In this document: one piece after another, positions 53,001 to 63,925 of the stretch | Layout: each line of letters begins with the position of its first letter | How positions within the stretch are numbered: position 1 is the stretch's first letter | Translations under genes and position numbers: made by a program | Source: Camelus dromedarius | Lineage: Eukaryota | DNA: 64,000 nt | Assembly: GCF_036321535.1 (NCBI RefSeq) | Contig: NC_087436.1 | Location: 119,104,001-119,168,000 of the forward strand | Reading direction: 5' to 3' | The notes under the pieces: model-generated | What the model saw: the letters and a program-made list of their open reading frames with translations, nothing else | Databases searched by the model: none | What the model was told of the DNA's origin: nothing

Positions 53001-56000
53001 GAGAATGAAGAAAACACTCCCATTTGTAATTGCATCAAAAAGTTAAAATACTAGGAATATATTTAACCAAGTAGGGAAAGACCGATACACTGAAAAGTAT
53101 GACAGTGATTATAGAAGTTGAAGAAGACACAAATAAGTGGGAAAATATGCTGTACTCATGAATGAAAGAATTAATATTGATAAAATGTCCACATTATCCA
53201 AAGTAACCTACAGATTCATTGCAATCCCTGTTAAAATTCCAATGACATTTTTCGCAGTAATACAACAACTAATCCTAAAATTTGTTGGAACTACAAAAGA
53301 TCCTGAATAGTCAACGTGATCTTCACAAAGAAGACAACACTGGAAGCATCATAACCAGGATGTCAAACTATATGACTTGAAGCTATAGTAATCAAAGGAT
53401 CTGGTATTGGCAAAAACCAGACACACAGATCAGGGAAATAGAACGGAGAGTTCAGAAAAAAGGTCATGGGTATATGGTAGCTATTTTACAGCCAAGAATA
53501 TAAAACTGGAAAGGGACATTATCCACAACAAGTGGTGTCAGGGAAACTGGATAGCCTCATGAATAGAATGAAACTCTATGACCATGAAAAGATGAACTCA
53601 AATGAGTTAAAGCCTTGAATGTAACACCTGAAACTATAAAACTTACAGAAGAAAACATTCATGGTAAGCTCATGGTCTTCAGTCATGATGATGATATTTT
53701 GGATTTGACACCAAATGCAATGGCAGCATAAGGAATACCAAACAAGTGGAACTGTATCAAAATAAAAGCCTCTGCACAAGAAAGAAAATTCAACAAAATA
53801 AGGAGACAGTCTACCAAACAGGAGAAAATATTTGCAAATCATAAATTTGAAAAAAGTTGATGTCTAAATATGTAAAGAACTCATACAACTCAGTAGTCAA
53901 AATACAAGCAACTTGGGTTCAAAATGGGCAAAGGACCTGAACAGACATTTTTCTAAAGAAGATATAGATATGCCAGCAGACACAGGAAGGAAAAGTTGCT
54001 TACCATCACTAAGCATCAGGGAAATGCAAGTCAAACCCACAGTGGGATACCACCTCATACCTACCAGAATGGCTATTGTCAAGAGACAAGAAGGAAGTGT
54101 TGGTGCAGATGATGCGAAAAGGAAATTTCCCTGCACTGTTGGACCGAGTGTAAGCTGATACAGCCACTATGGAAAACAGTGTGAAGGTTCCTAGAGAAAT
54201 TAAAAATAGAGCTGCCATATGACTGCTCCAGCAACCCCACTTTTGTGTATGTATCCAAGAGAACAAAAACACTAACTTGAAAAGATGTCTGCAGCCCCAT
54301 GTCCACTGCAGCATTATTTACAACAGCCAAGACATGGAGTCAACCTATGTGTTCAGTGGATGAAAGGATAAAGAAAATGTGGTATATATATTCAACAAAT
54401 TGCTATTCAGCCATGCAAAGCAGGAAATTCTCCCATTTGCAACAACATGGATGAAACTTGAGGGCACTATGCTGGGTGAAATAAGTCAGACAGTGAAAGA
54501 TGAATACCATGTGATCTCAATTACATGTAAAATTTAAAAAAAATGGAAATAACATGAAATATAAGCTCATGCATAGAGAGAAGAGATTGGTGGCTGCCAG
54601 AGGTGAGGGGTCGTTGGTGTGCAAAATGGCTGATGGTGGTCAAAATGTACAGTTTCCACCTATAAAATAAGGAAGTCACGGGGATGTAGTGTGCAGGTCG
54701 GTGACTCTGCTTAGTAACACTGTATTGTATGTTTGAGAGTTGCTAAAGGAGAAGGTCTTAAAAGTTTTCATCACGAGAAAAAATTCTGTAACTGTGTGTG
54801 TTGATGGATGCCAACTAGACACATTGTGGTGATCATTTTGCAATATATACACACAAGGAACCATTAGGTTGTATATCTGTAACGAATATAATGTTATATG
54901 TTAGTTATATGTCAATATGAAAAAAAGAGAGAGCTGCAGCACACAGAAAAAAATTCCCCCAAACAGTCGCAGGCGCTGTGTCCGTCTTGATGAAAGCTGG
55001 CTTTTGGAAAAATACGTAAAATATAATTATAGTGAGAATATACGTAAGAGGCAGCGCTCACAGGAGGCAGCCTTAATTTTGACTGAGATGAAATCATGGG
55101 CCTCAATAAAGTTGTTCAAACGCATTGCATGTGTACCCCAAATCTTGACCCCCAACCTAACGCCCGGTCACCTCTGATCGCATATGCCAAAACCTGCAAT
55201 CCTGGTCGACAGATGTTTTGCAGAGGTGATGTCTGCCTGACTCTCATGGGCAGAACAGGATAAGAACGAAGAAAGGGCCCTTTAGGTTTTGACAGGTCAG
55301 CCGGCCACATTGAGTCCTACCAGCGGCTACCATGGGAACTTCAGAATCTAGTGGCTCTCAGGCCGACTAAAGGGATAAATTATTCATAAGATGTATTCTT
55401 ATCATCTTTCTTGGGAACTTTGTTATGAGCTCACCACAAAAGCCGACGAGCATAGATAGCACGGTTAAACTACTGAACTTCCCGGTCACAGGGGACAGAC
55501 CCCCGGGCTCAGGCCTGAAGCAGCCCCAGAGGAGCTGCCTGGTTCCCAGTCAAGGGCCGTGGTCAGAGTGTGGAGAAGGCTATGACTGGGTCTCACGGGG
55601 CCGCAGCCGTGCTCAAAGCCAGGGGCCCCAGGATAACATACTGAGCAGGCAAGCCCAAACCTACAGAACCCGTAGTAGCCCACTTGGACAGTCCTCCTAG
55701 TGCGTCAGAAACGGGAGGTCGTTTGTGACACTTTGCGATCTGGACCCGAGACCTTTTAGGTGGGAATCTTTGTTTCCTCTGGCAAATATCACCTTCCATC
55801 GTGAACTGCCGAGAAGTTAGATATTTCATGTTTCGTTTCTTTGTCGCCCATATATATTTTCAATTATGCCTCAAGCCACAGATAAAATAATGGTGATGAA
55901 GCTTCCCTGACCGGATCTGCACAAAATTCCGCTTTCCTTAGCTGCCCTTCTAAGTAGCTGTGTGGCCTCAGGAAGATTCCTTAACCTCTCTGGTTCTCAG

Positions 56001-59000
56001 TCCCTGCATCTGCAATGGTTTACCACAGTGCCTACCCCCTAGCCCCCTGGGGCGGATTAAACGTATGAGACACATACATCCCGTAGAACAGTGCCTGGTG
56101 CACAGAGGGGGCTCCATAAACTTTCCTATGACGACAATGATGACTTGGTGTCAGGCACTGTCCCCCGCGGCTGCCTCTCCCACCTGATTCCAATCAAGCC
56201 CATGAAGCGGGTCATGTCATCATCCCCATCTTACAGATGAGGAAACGAAGGCTCAGAAGTTCTAAGTCTCACAGCTATTGAACAGGGAGGCAGGATTCGG
56301 GTCCAGGCCTCTGCTCCCAGCATTGTGAAGGGAAAAGCAGGCGAGAGCTGATTAGAACCTGGAGGCCAGCTTCGGGGAGGCTGCATGTCAGGTGGGAGAG
56401 TGGGGGTGATCCAGGGAGGGAAAGGGGCTGGTAGCAGGGTGAGGGCTCGGGGTTGCAGGGAAGGAGGACTGTGCCGGGGCTAGGATGGCTGCCTGACCCG
56501 CTGCCTGGAGGGAGCCTGGCCTGGTTAGAGCTGGACCCCGAGTCTAGGGTGGTCCTAGAGCAGGGTGGGACCCATCACAGCTGTCCCCGTGCAGAGTTGC
56601 AGAACCAAGGCCCTGGGACCACACCTTACCCAGGGCCAGAGGACGTGCGGTGTCCGGAACAAGGCGGCCCGTTCAAACATGTTGTTCAGCATGTCCATAG
56701 TGTAGGATTCAATGTTGGTCTTAGTGACAGGCGTGTCCTTCGAGGGGTACATTCCATCCTTGGGAGGGTCTGGGAAGACAGCTTCTCCGTCCCAGTAAAA
56801 CCCTTTACTGAGAGAGAGAGGAATTTTAGGGGGGTTCTCGGCCCAGCAAGGGGGGTCTCCTGGGGTCCGGGAGGACAGGCAGGGCTCAGGGAGGCCACAG
56901 TGCACCTTGAGCCTGTGGACCCTCACTCAGGGCCTCCTCTCCCATCAGTGCAGTGGGCAGAACAGTGCTGGGCAGATGAGAGCTTTGGGCACAGAAGGTG
57001 CCACGTTTTATCCTTTCACCATTGTGACCTTGGGCACGTCACCCACGGGGCCAGCATTTCGTCATCCCACGTGTGGAGCCCACAGCAGTGGGCCCCCTTC
57101 CCACGTCCACCACAGGGATGGTGGGATTCGTTTGATCACTAGTTCCTTGTCATCTCCCTGCCCACCGATCCAGATCCAGGGATCCTAAGCAGGGCTAGGT
57201 GAGGGTGAGGCGGGACAGGCACTGGCCTTGGGCACAGACTTTCAGGGGTGCAAAAATCTCAGTTGTCAACATGCTGGTATTTTAACAATACTTTAAAAAC
57301 CAGACGGAATTCCAAAAACGTCATGACAAACACATGATCAAATTTTCACATAAAGACAGACAATCCTCAGGCTTCACCATGGCTCAGGAGGCACTGACCC
57401 CAGCAATGAGCCGCGGGGGTCTGGGCAGCCCCAGGTCGGGTCTTCGGTGCCTCATGCTGGGCAGCACACGAGTGACACGGAGGGACCCTTGGCCAGCCTT
57501 CAGGAGTGACCTGAACCTTCGAACCTGACTTTGAACCTCTCTGAACCCTAGTCTCATGATGGTAAAACGTACTGAAGAAAGTTAGGAGGAGTAAATGAAA
57601 ATCACTGAAGGAAAACAGGGAGAAACGGTGCCTGGCGCAGAGCGGGGCCCGACAGGCAGACCCAGGCGTGCGTCCCGGCCTCTTCTCCCCGCTGCCCCTT
57701 CACCCCGCCTGCCAGCCTCCCCTGTTCACGGAGGGGGTCCCGCTGTCCGTGGCCTGACAGGTACAAAGGGGCAGAGTGGGACTGACCCAGGGCCCTCCAG
57801 CCAGACAGCCCCCAGGCGGGCTGCCCCCCTGACACGGGGCTTGGAGCTGTCCCCGAGCCCAGCGCTGCTGCCCCGCGGCTGCCACCCCAGGACTGGAGCT
57901 GGGGCTCTAGGCCTCAGTTGCCCTTTCTGTAAGGTGGCGCCCAGTGTGTCTCCCTCAGGGGTGGCCATGAGAGACATGGCGGAGGGGACACGGGGGAGAG
58001 CTTGGGACAGGGCCTGGCCCAAGGCAGGTGCTCACGAGCAGTAGCCATATGTGTCCAGGACGTGTGTGAAGATTTCCTGCTGCGCTGACAGGGACGGGGA
58101 CCCCCGCCACACGAACTGCAGCCCCTGCAAACCCAGAGGGAACAGAGTGAGGGCCGAGGGGCCACCCCGCTGCCCCGCTCCCCCTCCCCAGCACCCGCTG
58201 CGTCTCTGGCTGCCCGCCCCCTGCTCCCCTCTCAGTGGTTCATGGACAAGGTCTCCCTCGGCTGCCTCCTCGTCCAGGTGCCCCCTGACCTCCCACAGCC
58301 ACAGAGGGCCCAGGAATTTGCCCTCCAGAAGGTGCCAGCCTGCTCTCCCCACCCCTCCCAGGGCAGGGCTCTCTCTGCCAGGGCCTGCCCGCCATGCTCT
58401 CTCTACCTCTGCTTGAATCCCCCCCGACACGGGGTGCTCACACCTCCCTCTGGGAGTACAGTCTGTTATTCAGGTCTGATGGTTAGAAAGCGCTAGGCTT
58501 ACAAAGCAGGGATCAAATCCTGCTTCTCTGAGCACCGGCTCCAGCTCCACACACGGGTCCCCGACTCCTCTGTGACTTAGTCTCTGCACGTGAACCCTGG
58601 GGGAGCCACACGAGCTCACAGGGTTCCCTGCAGGGGAGGCGCGCTGCCGCGGGGAGCGAGGGCACGTTCAGCGTGGCGCTCGGGGGGCGCACAGAGAAGC
58701 TTGCTTCCCTTGCTCACCTAGAGCCCAGGCCCCTTTTGCTAAGGCCCGCTGGCCAGGCTACCTTTGCTCTCCAGAAACTCATACCAGGGTGACCCGGACA
58801 GAATTCATATGTTGGGGTCTTATTTTCCCATCTGGAAAATAGGATAATTACAGCAAGTTTATTATGGGCGAATGGCACGCTGAAGTCCTAACTCCCACCT
58901 CATGTGACCTCATTTTAAAATGAAGTCTTTAGAGAGTAAATTGAGGTGAAATGAGGGCCTTAGTGTGGGCTCTGGTCCCGTATGACTGGGGTCCCTATTA

Positions 59001-59949
59001 AAGGAGAATGTTCGACCCAGACAGCACAGAGGAAGGTGATGACAGGACACGGGGGACGTCGGCTGTCTCCAGGCCAAGGCCACCTGAGGCCACCAGAAGC
59101 AGACAGAGGCCCAGACCCCACTTCCCAAACACCCTCAGGAGGCGCGTGGCCCCGTCCAGGGCTGATCTCGGGTTTCTGGCCTCCAGACCTGTGAGCAGCA
59201 CGTCTCTGCTGCTCGAAGCCCCCAGTTTGCGGCACTGTGTCTCGGCGGCCCCAGGAAACGAATGCACCATGTCCCAGGGGTGCTGGCAGGATTAAAGGAC
59301 ACCAGGAGCCCGGCGGCTCCCACCAGGCCCAGCACTTGGTAGGGGGAAAAGGCAGCGTCTGCTGTGGGTGTTTGGTGTCACCATCTAGTCCCTAACAGCT
59401 GCGCTCACCCTGGAAGAGTGACCGTGTCCCAGGTGCCCTGAGCCCCGCCCTCCTCCTCTCTGCACCCAGCACGGTTTACTGAGAGCAGGTCTGCTCTGGT
59501 CCCTTCCGAGCCCCAGGGCTGGAGGGTGAAGGGGACACAGAGCAGGAGACGCCAAGCCGGGGCTGCAGCTCAGCCAGGTCCAGCCACGCAGGAGGGAAAG
59601 AGTCACACACGGCGGACGGCACAGCAGCGCAATGATGGGCCTGGACATCCAGTGGCATAAGGGGCCCCCAAGGATCCCAGGTGCTCTGGAGAAGAGCAGG
59701 GGCTCTGAGATGCACTGGACAAAGTGGGGACGAAGCAGGGGTGAGCCGGCAGCAGCAGATGTGGGGCACCACTCACCTGGTCCTGCTGCATGGCCTCCTT
59801 CAGGTCATAGTTGATCCGGGAGATGACGTGGGCATTGAAGCCCGCCAGGGCAAACAGGGTGGGGGTCGTGGCAGATGCTCCAAATGGGTCGACCTGCCAG
59901 GAGAACCTAGGCCGGACCCCAAATGTTTCATAGAGAAACCCGTGTCCTT
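31992..59949 (-). CDS. MAN2B2: MAN2B2-type (epididymis-specific/lysosomal) alpha-mannosidase, GH38; partial gene, exons 4-19, about 865 aa in window
   Basis: 16 exons (2597 nt in total) splice in frame with GT-AG boundaries. Motifs include [48 protein letters not shown] and the C-terminal [12 protein letters not shown]. No in-frame stop found before the final TGA. Confidence 0.95.
33256..33376 (-). CDS. MAN2B2: MAN2B2 exon 18 ([22 protein letters not shown]...RPLRR)
   Basis: CCACAG|TCC acceptor, G|GTTTGG donor, 121 nt. Confidence 0.9.
34894..35006 (-). CDS. MAN2B2: MAN2B2 exon 17 ([37 protein letters not shown])
   Basis: CCCTAAG|GC acceptor (AAG type), CAG|GTAACC donor, 113 nt. Confidence 0.9.
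36590..36727 (-). CDS. MAN2B2: MAN2B2 exon 16 ([23 protein letters not shown]...WSLRK)
   Basis: TTGCAG|AG acceptor, G|GTGAGG donor, 138 nt. Confidence 0.92.
38233..38709. mobile_element. Internally deleted Tigger1-family (TcMar) DNA transposon with TA target duplication
   Basis: TA|CAGCCAAACCTT … AAGGTGCGCCTG|TA: degenerate CAGGCATACCTC-type TIRs and both Tigger1 ends within about 480 bp. Confidence 0.8.
39309..39501 (-). CDS. MAN2B2: MAN2B2 exon 15 ([10 protein letters not shown]...LLRELN)
   Basis: CTGCAG|GTC acceptor after a 77-nt intron, G|GTAAGG donor, 193 nt. Confidence 0.93.
39579..39689 (-). CDS. MAN2B2: MAN2B2 exon 14 ([10 protein letters not shown]...SGQVE)
   Basis: CCACAG|AAT acceptor, GAG|GTAGGA donor, 111 nt. 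Confidence 0.93.
40846..41098 (-). CDS. MAN2B2: MAN2B2 exon 13 (QVNDTDHT...[10 protein letters not shown]...NNSVSR)
   Basis: CTCCAG|G acceptor, CGG|GTAGGC donor, 253 nt. Confidence 0.93.
41190..41808 (+). mobile_element. Solo ERV LTR in MAN2B2 intron 12, antisense to the gene
   Basis: TATA-like element at 41462-41467, AATAAA at 41661-41666, typical U5 (ctcgaatctttcctgc…), ends …tgtca. The 5' edge is uncertain. Confidence 0.6.
42208..42399 (-). CDS. MAN2B2: MAN2B2 exon 12 ([12 protein letters not shown]...IRQFFYR)
   Basis: CTGCAG|G acceptor, AG|GTGAGG donor, 192 nt. Confidence 0.93.
43050..43180 (+). repeat. Degenerate (GGAT)n simple repeat
   Basis: Runs of ggatggacgg / tggatggg. Confidence 0.75.
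43481..43755 (-). CDS. MAN2B2: MAN2B2 exon 11 (VQKSEDTP...MHSVWER)
   Basis: TGCAG|GTC acceptor, AG|GTGAGG donor, 275 nt. Confidence 0.93.
45323..45456 (-). CDS. MAN2B2: MAN2B2 exon 10 ([16 protein letters not shown]...PVPAQ)
   Basis: GTGCAG|GC acceptor, CAG|GTATGG donor, 134 nt. Confidence 0.92.
47055..47193 (-). CDS. MAN2B2: MAN2B2 exon 9 ([10 protein letters not shown]...DRTPAHS)
   Basis: CTGCAG|GTC acceptor, G|GTAAGC donor, 139 nt. Contains the Zn-ligand HHD motif. Confidence 0.92.
48243..48433 (-). CDS. MAN2B2: MAN2B2 exon 8 ([13 protein letters not shown]...LRWAVSE)
   Basis: CCCAG|AA acceptor, GAG|GTAACG donor, 191 nt. Confidence 0.93.
51260..51458 (-). CDS. MAN2B2: MAN2B2 exon 7 ([13 protein letters not shown]...DFLPYSS)
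   Basis: CTACAG|GGA acceptor, G|GTATGA donor, 199 nt. Confidence 0.93.
51640..51890 (-). mobile_element. LINE-1 3' UTR fragment, opposite orientation
   Basis: Reverse-oriented L1MA-type 3' UTR motifs (aagtttgtacctct, accataaatctgacctct, tgatcatacag). Confidence 0.65.
51990..54927 (+). mobile_element. Degraded LINE-1 (L1MA-like), ORF2 3' part and 3' UTR, in MAN2B2 intron 6
   Basis: A-rich ORF2 remnants (atgatcaaatgggatttattccaggaatgcaaggatggttcaacat; [15 protein letters not shown]) with many stops, ending in a 3' UTR and A tract. Confidence 0.9.
56170..56320. mobile_element. MIR SINE
   Basis: Core motif ccccatcttacagatgaggaaacgaaggctcaga. Confidence 0.6.
56630..56807 (-). CDS. MAN2B2: MAN2B2 exon 6 ([15 protein letters not shown]...RTPHVLWPW)
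   Basis: CTCTCAG|T acceptor, TGG|GTAAGG donor, 178 nt. Confidence 0.92.
57190..57400 (+). mobile_element. MER96B-like hAT relic
   Basis: cagggctaggtgagggtgaggcg…aaaatctcagt…taaagacagaca resembles the recalled MER96B consensus. Confidence 0.55.
58036..58124 (-). CDS. MAN2B2: MAN2B2 exon 5, shortened ([30 protein letters not shown])
   Basis: TTGCAG|GGG acceptor and TC|GTGAGC donor, 89 nt. The phase-2 end fits the exon 6 start. Confidence 0.88.
58860..59265 (+). mobile_element. MaLR LTR (MLT1-type)
   Basis: Contains tatgactggggtccctattaaaggaga…ttctggcctccagacctgtgag…cagtttgcggcact. Confidence 0.75.
59777..59949 (-). CDS. MAN2B2: MAN2B2 exon 4 ([23 protein letters not shown]...AMQQDQ)
   Basis: TTTGCAG|AA acceptor, CAG|GTGAGT donor, 173 nt. 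Contains the catalytic nucleophile motif. Confidence 0.93.
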
Positions 59950-62899
59950 CTGCAAAGAGATAAGCCTCGCTGGTGACAGGAGTGTGGCCCCTCACCCCCT
60001 GACTCCCCCAGGGCCCCCTGCCCTTCTGCAGGGCTGCAGTGCCCTCTTCCAGGCCAAGCAGGGTCTTGCCGCAGCAGGTGCTAATACAGGGGCTCCGTCC
60101 CAGAATAGTCCGACCTTTCACTCATTCATTCATGATTTACCAGCCACAGCAAGGAGCGAGGTGTCAGGGACATGGCTGCAGAGAGAAAGCCCTAGACTTG
60201 ATAAGCCATTGATTAAAGTTCGCCAGTTTTCCCCAGATATAATCTTCTGAATGGCCCAAGAGCTGGTGACAACCGCCTGCATTTTCAGGAGAGAAAACAA
60301 AGACTCAGAGAGCACAAGTAGCTGGTGTCAATTCGAACTACCTTCCACTGATGACCTCCCCAGGCTGGGACGCCGGCTGGGACCTAGAAGATTCCGTGGT
60401 TCTGGGACAGAGACATGCCCAGTTCTATGAACAAGTTTCAGTGAGAAATGAGGCGACTGCTGGGTGGTCAGGGTGGGCCTGAGGCCGATCGGGGTCTGGT
60501 TCACAGAGGAGGTGAGGATGGTGAACCAGGCAGCTGGACTTGGGGCGGGGCTCCGAGCCCTTGGGGACCAGTGGGAGCAGCAGAGGGAGTGTGGGAAGCA
60601 GAGGAGACCAAGAAGGAGCTGCTGGAGAGAAGGGGGAAGAGCTGGGGGCCAGGGCTCTGAGATGAGGGAGGGGATGGTCAGTAGGTCACACTGAGGGGGT
60701 CAGTAAGCTGTGGAGGGCACACCCTCAGCAGATGTGCGGCGAGAGGAGGGCAGTCATGATGGCTGCTGACTCAGTGACCCCAAATTCCTCACTCACAGAA
60801 TCTTCATTTTGTTCAGGGGACACTGACCGAGGCCCAAGGGATGAATTGTCTCTGGTCTTAGTGGTCATGGCAAGCTCACTTCCCTCTGCCAGAATATTGC
60901 TCTCAGTCTTTGTGGAAACTAGATGTGGTCATGGAGTATGGTTACAGAGAAAATAGATGTGTGGGTTAAGGCTGCTTGGGCTTCAGGGCAATATTTCCCA
61001 CCTTAGATAAGACGAGGTCAGTAAGAAAGCCCACATTCTGCCCTTTTCCTTCTTTGACTGTGAAAGAATAGGTTCATGCTGACTGGAGCTGTGGCAGCTA
61101 TTCTGTGATCACATGGGAGAGGATATGAGAATGTGAGAAACATCAGTGGGCTGCAGCATCAGTCCACAAACCATTTCCCTTCTTTGTAAGTAAATAGTAA
61201 ATATCCTAGAGACTCAAGTCACTGTTCTCAGGTTTTCTGGACTCCAGGAGAAATTATTCCTGAGACCCAAATGAACAGGTGATTAATGAATGAAACAGCC
61301 CACTGTCCCCCAAGATACATTCTCCCCTTGCCTTTTAGTAACAGAACCAGACATTCCCTATAATTTTGGCAGGATAATAAGCTTCTAGCTAGAGACTGTG
61401 TTCCCAGCCTTTCTTGGAAAATATACCAAGTACTCAGGTTCCGGTCCATGGATGTGAGCACAAGTGATGAGTGTAATTTCTAGGTCACCTTTGGAAAGAT
61501 GCAGCCTGCTGTCTTCCCACCGTTCTTTCCCCCTTTCCTGCTGGGATGACATTTCACTGGGGTGAGTCACCTCCAGTCATGCAAGGAGGGCGAGACACAC
61601 TATGAGATGGCAGAGCGAAGAGAAGCAGCTTGGATGCTTGGATTACTCTGTGGAGCAGAGCCACCCAGTGGCCCAGAACAGGCTGCACTTGCAGAATTTT
61701 CCCCACGAGAGAAAGAACCATCCCTTTTGTTGGATCACAGTCACTTGGTCACAGTCAAAGTAGTTTAACCAGTGTTCTAATGAGCACAACGACCAGGTCA
61801 AGATTTACTTAGCTAGTGAGTGGAGGGCGCGGCCAGAGTACAGTGGCCGGGGTGACAGAGGGACAAGGGGACATAGGAATTGTGGTTGCTGCCTCAGCTG
61901 GGGAGGCCTGCTCCCCTCCTTCCCAGGAGAATGTTAGGCAAGGTTTCATACTTCAGGGGAGGAGTCACAGAGAACAAGCAAGAAGTAGAACCGGGGTGAC
62001 AACCAAGGAGAGAGGGCATTACTAGTATTGGGGGGAAGGCGTTTGAGGGACATGGCCCAGAGCTCGGGCTGAAATAACCCAGGACAGCAGGCCCTTCACA
62101 GGATAGTCTCCGCTGTGGACACCCAGAGCCAGAGTAGGACAGCACCCACCCCCTCGCTGCCATGCCCACCAGCACTCGTGTTGCCAGAAGTTGGGCTGAG
62201 CCTTAGTGATCCAGAGAAGAATCAGACTGCAGTCACTGCCAGACACGACCTGTAGTTTTGGGGTGAACAGGGGAGGTGATAAGGTCCTGAGGGTCCAAAT
62301 GGAAGGTTCCTGGACCATGAGACTCTTCAGCTGAGTCTGAGATGAGATGCTCAGGTATAAACAAGAGGAACCTGGTGACTGAAGGCACAGGAGGCATTGT
62401 TGTTGAAGCAGATCAGGGGCCTCAGGAGGCAGAAGGATGGGGAGGAGGCCAGGAGCTGAGTCCTGAAGCTGCATTAAGCAGCCTGGGGATTTCACATAAA
62501 GAAACTTAAAGATTCCCATCACGTTCCCACTTACATCCAGAAAGAAGGCAGCAGAAACTCACATGAGGGTGGGACCACAGATTTAAGGAGTGAAAGGAGA
62601 GCTCATGTAAAGAAGATCCTTAGAAAACATCCAATGCTATCTTGATGCTTTACCCAGGGGTTACCTGGGGTTACTGTTCAGTGGAGTGACAATGGGGCTA
62701 GAGCTTCAGTCACATTCAAGAGTTACTCCTGGCTCATCCGTGGACCCTTCGTCCTTCTTTTGGTCTCAGTCTCAGTATCCCTTTTGCAAAATGAACTGAG
62801 AACAATGATGCCACCTCCCCATCCTGCCTTTAGGCGTAGGTGAAGTGCCACTTCTGAAACACATTTGTGAAATGGAGAGGAATGTTCCCTGAGTGCAAG

Positions 62900-63925
62900 T
62901 GTGCCTGGTGATGGTGAGGTGGAGATGCTGATGATACTGTTGGTGATGGTGGTGGTGCTGGTAATGGTGGAGGTGATAGTGGTCGACCTTCAGTAGGTTG
63001 TGATGTTTATGTAGGGTTTTTGGTGGTGATGGATGAAGTGGTGGTGGAGGTGGCAGTGATGGAAGTGAGGGAGGTGATCATGTTTGTGGTGGTGATGGTA
63101 GTTCTGCTAGTTACAGTGGAGGCAGAGATAATGAGGATGGTGATGGTGGTGGTAGTGGTGATGATAGCGGTGAGGATGGTAGAGGTGGTGATGAAATTTT
63201 TTAGATGCTGGTGATGTGGGTGGTGTTGGTGGTTATGGTGATGGTGGTAGATCTGGCATTGAAGTTTTGATGTTGGTGATGGTGGTGTTGTTGAAATGAT
63301 GGTTGTGGTGATGGGGCTGATAGTGGTGGTGTTGGTGGTCCCTCTTTTGGTGGTGGAGTTAATGATGATGGTAGTGGATGAGTTGGTGGTGGTGCTGATG
63401 GTGAAGGTGATGCAGAAAGTGATGGTGTTGTCAGTGGTGGTGAAGATGATGTTGAAGGTGATGTGGTTTACATGGTAGATAGGTTGTAGAGGTGTGATGG
63501 TGGCTGAAGTGGTGGTGGTGGTGGTGGTGGTGGTGGTGGCGGCGGCTGCGGCGGCAATGGTGTTGGAGGTGATGATGGCGGTGATAGCGATGGTGTCTGT
63601 GGTGGTCCTTGTTTTGGTGGAAGTAGTAATGATGTGTTGGAGGTGATGATGATGGTGACGGAGGTGGTGGTGGCTGTGGTGTTGGAGCTGATGTGGTGAT
63701 GGTGGTGGTGTGCTGGTGTGGATGTGGAAGTTGAGGTGGTGATGGTGGTGTTAGTAATCATGGGGGTGGTGGTGGTTGTTGGTAGACTAGGTGGTGCTGT
63801 TGGAGGTGGTAGTGTCCCTGGAGGTGATGCAGATGATGGTGGTGGTGGTAATCATGGTGATGTGCTGGAGGTGCTGGAGGCAGTGGTATTGGTGGAGGTT
63901 TTGTTGGGTGGGGTGATGGCAGGAT
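62900..63925 (+). repeat. About 1 kb (GGT/GAT)n low-complexity trinucleotide array, presumed MAN2B2 intron 3
   Basis: Continuous degenerate ggt/gat/gtt triplets, including a pure (GGT)n run near 63510-63538. Confidence 0.9.

Noticed and set aside
51990..54927. Possibly active L1 reverse transcriptase
   Set aside because: 5'-truncated, with many stops and frameshifts; only short ORF fragments remain.
58032..58034. Apparent premature stop after YGYCS, suggesting a MAN2B2 pseudogene
   Set aside because: The TGA lies within the GTGAG splice donor. Splicing at 58036 joins exon 6 in frame, and all other exons are intact.
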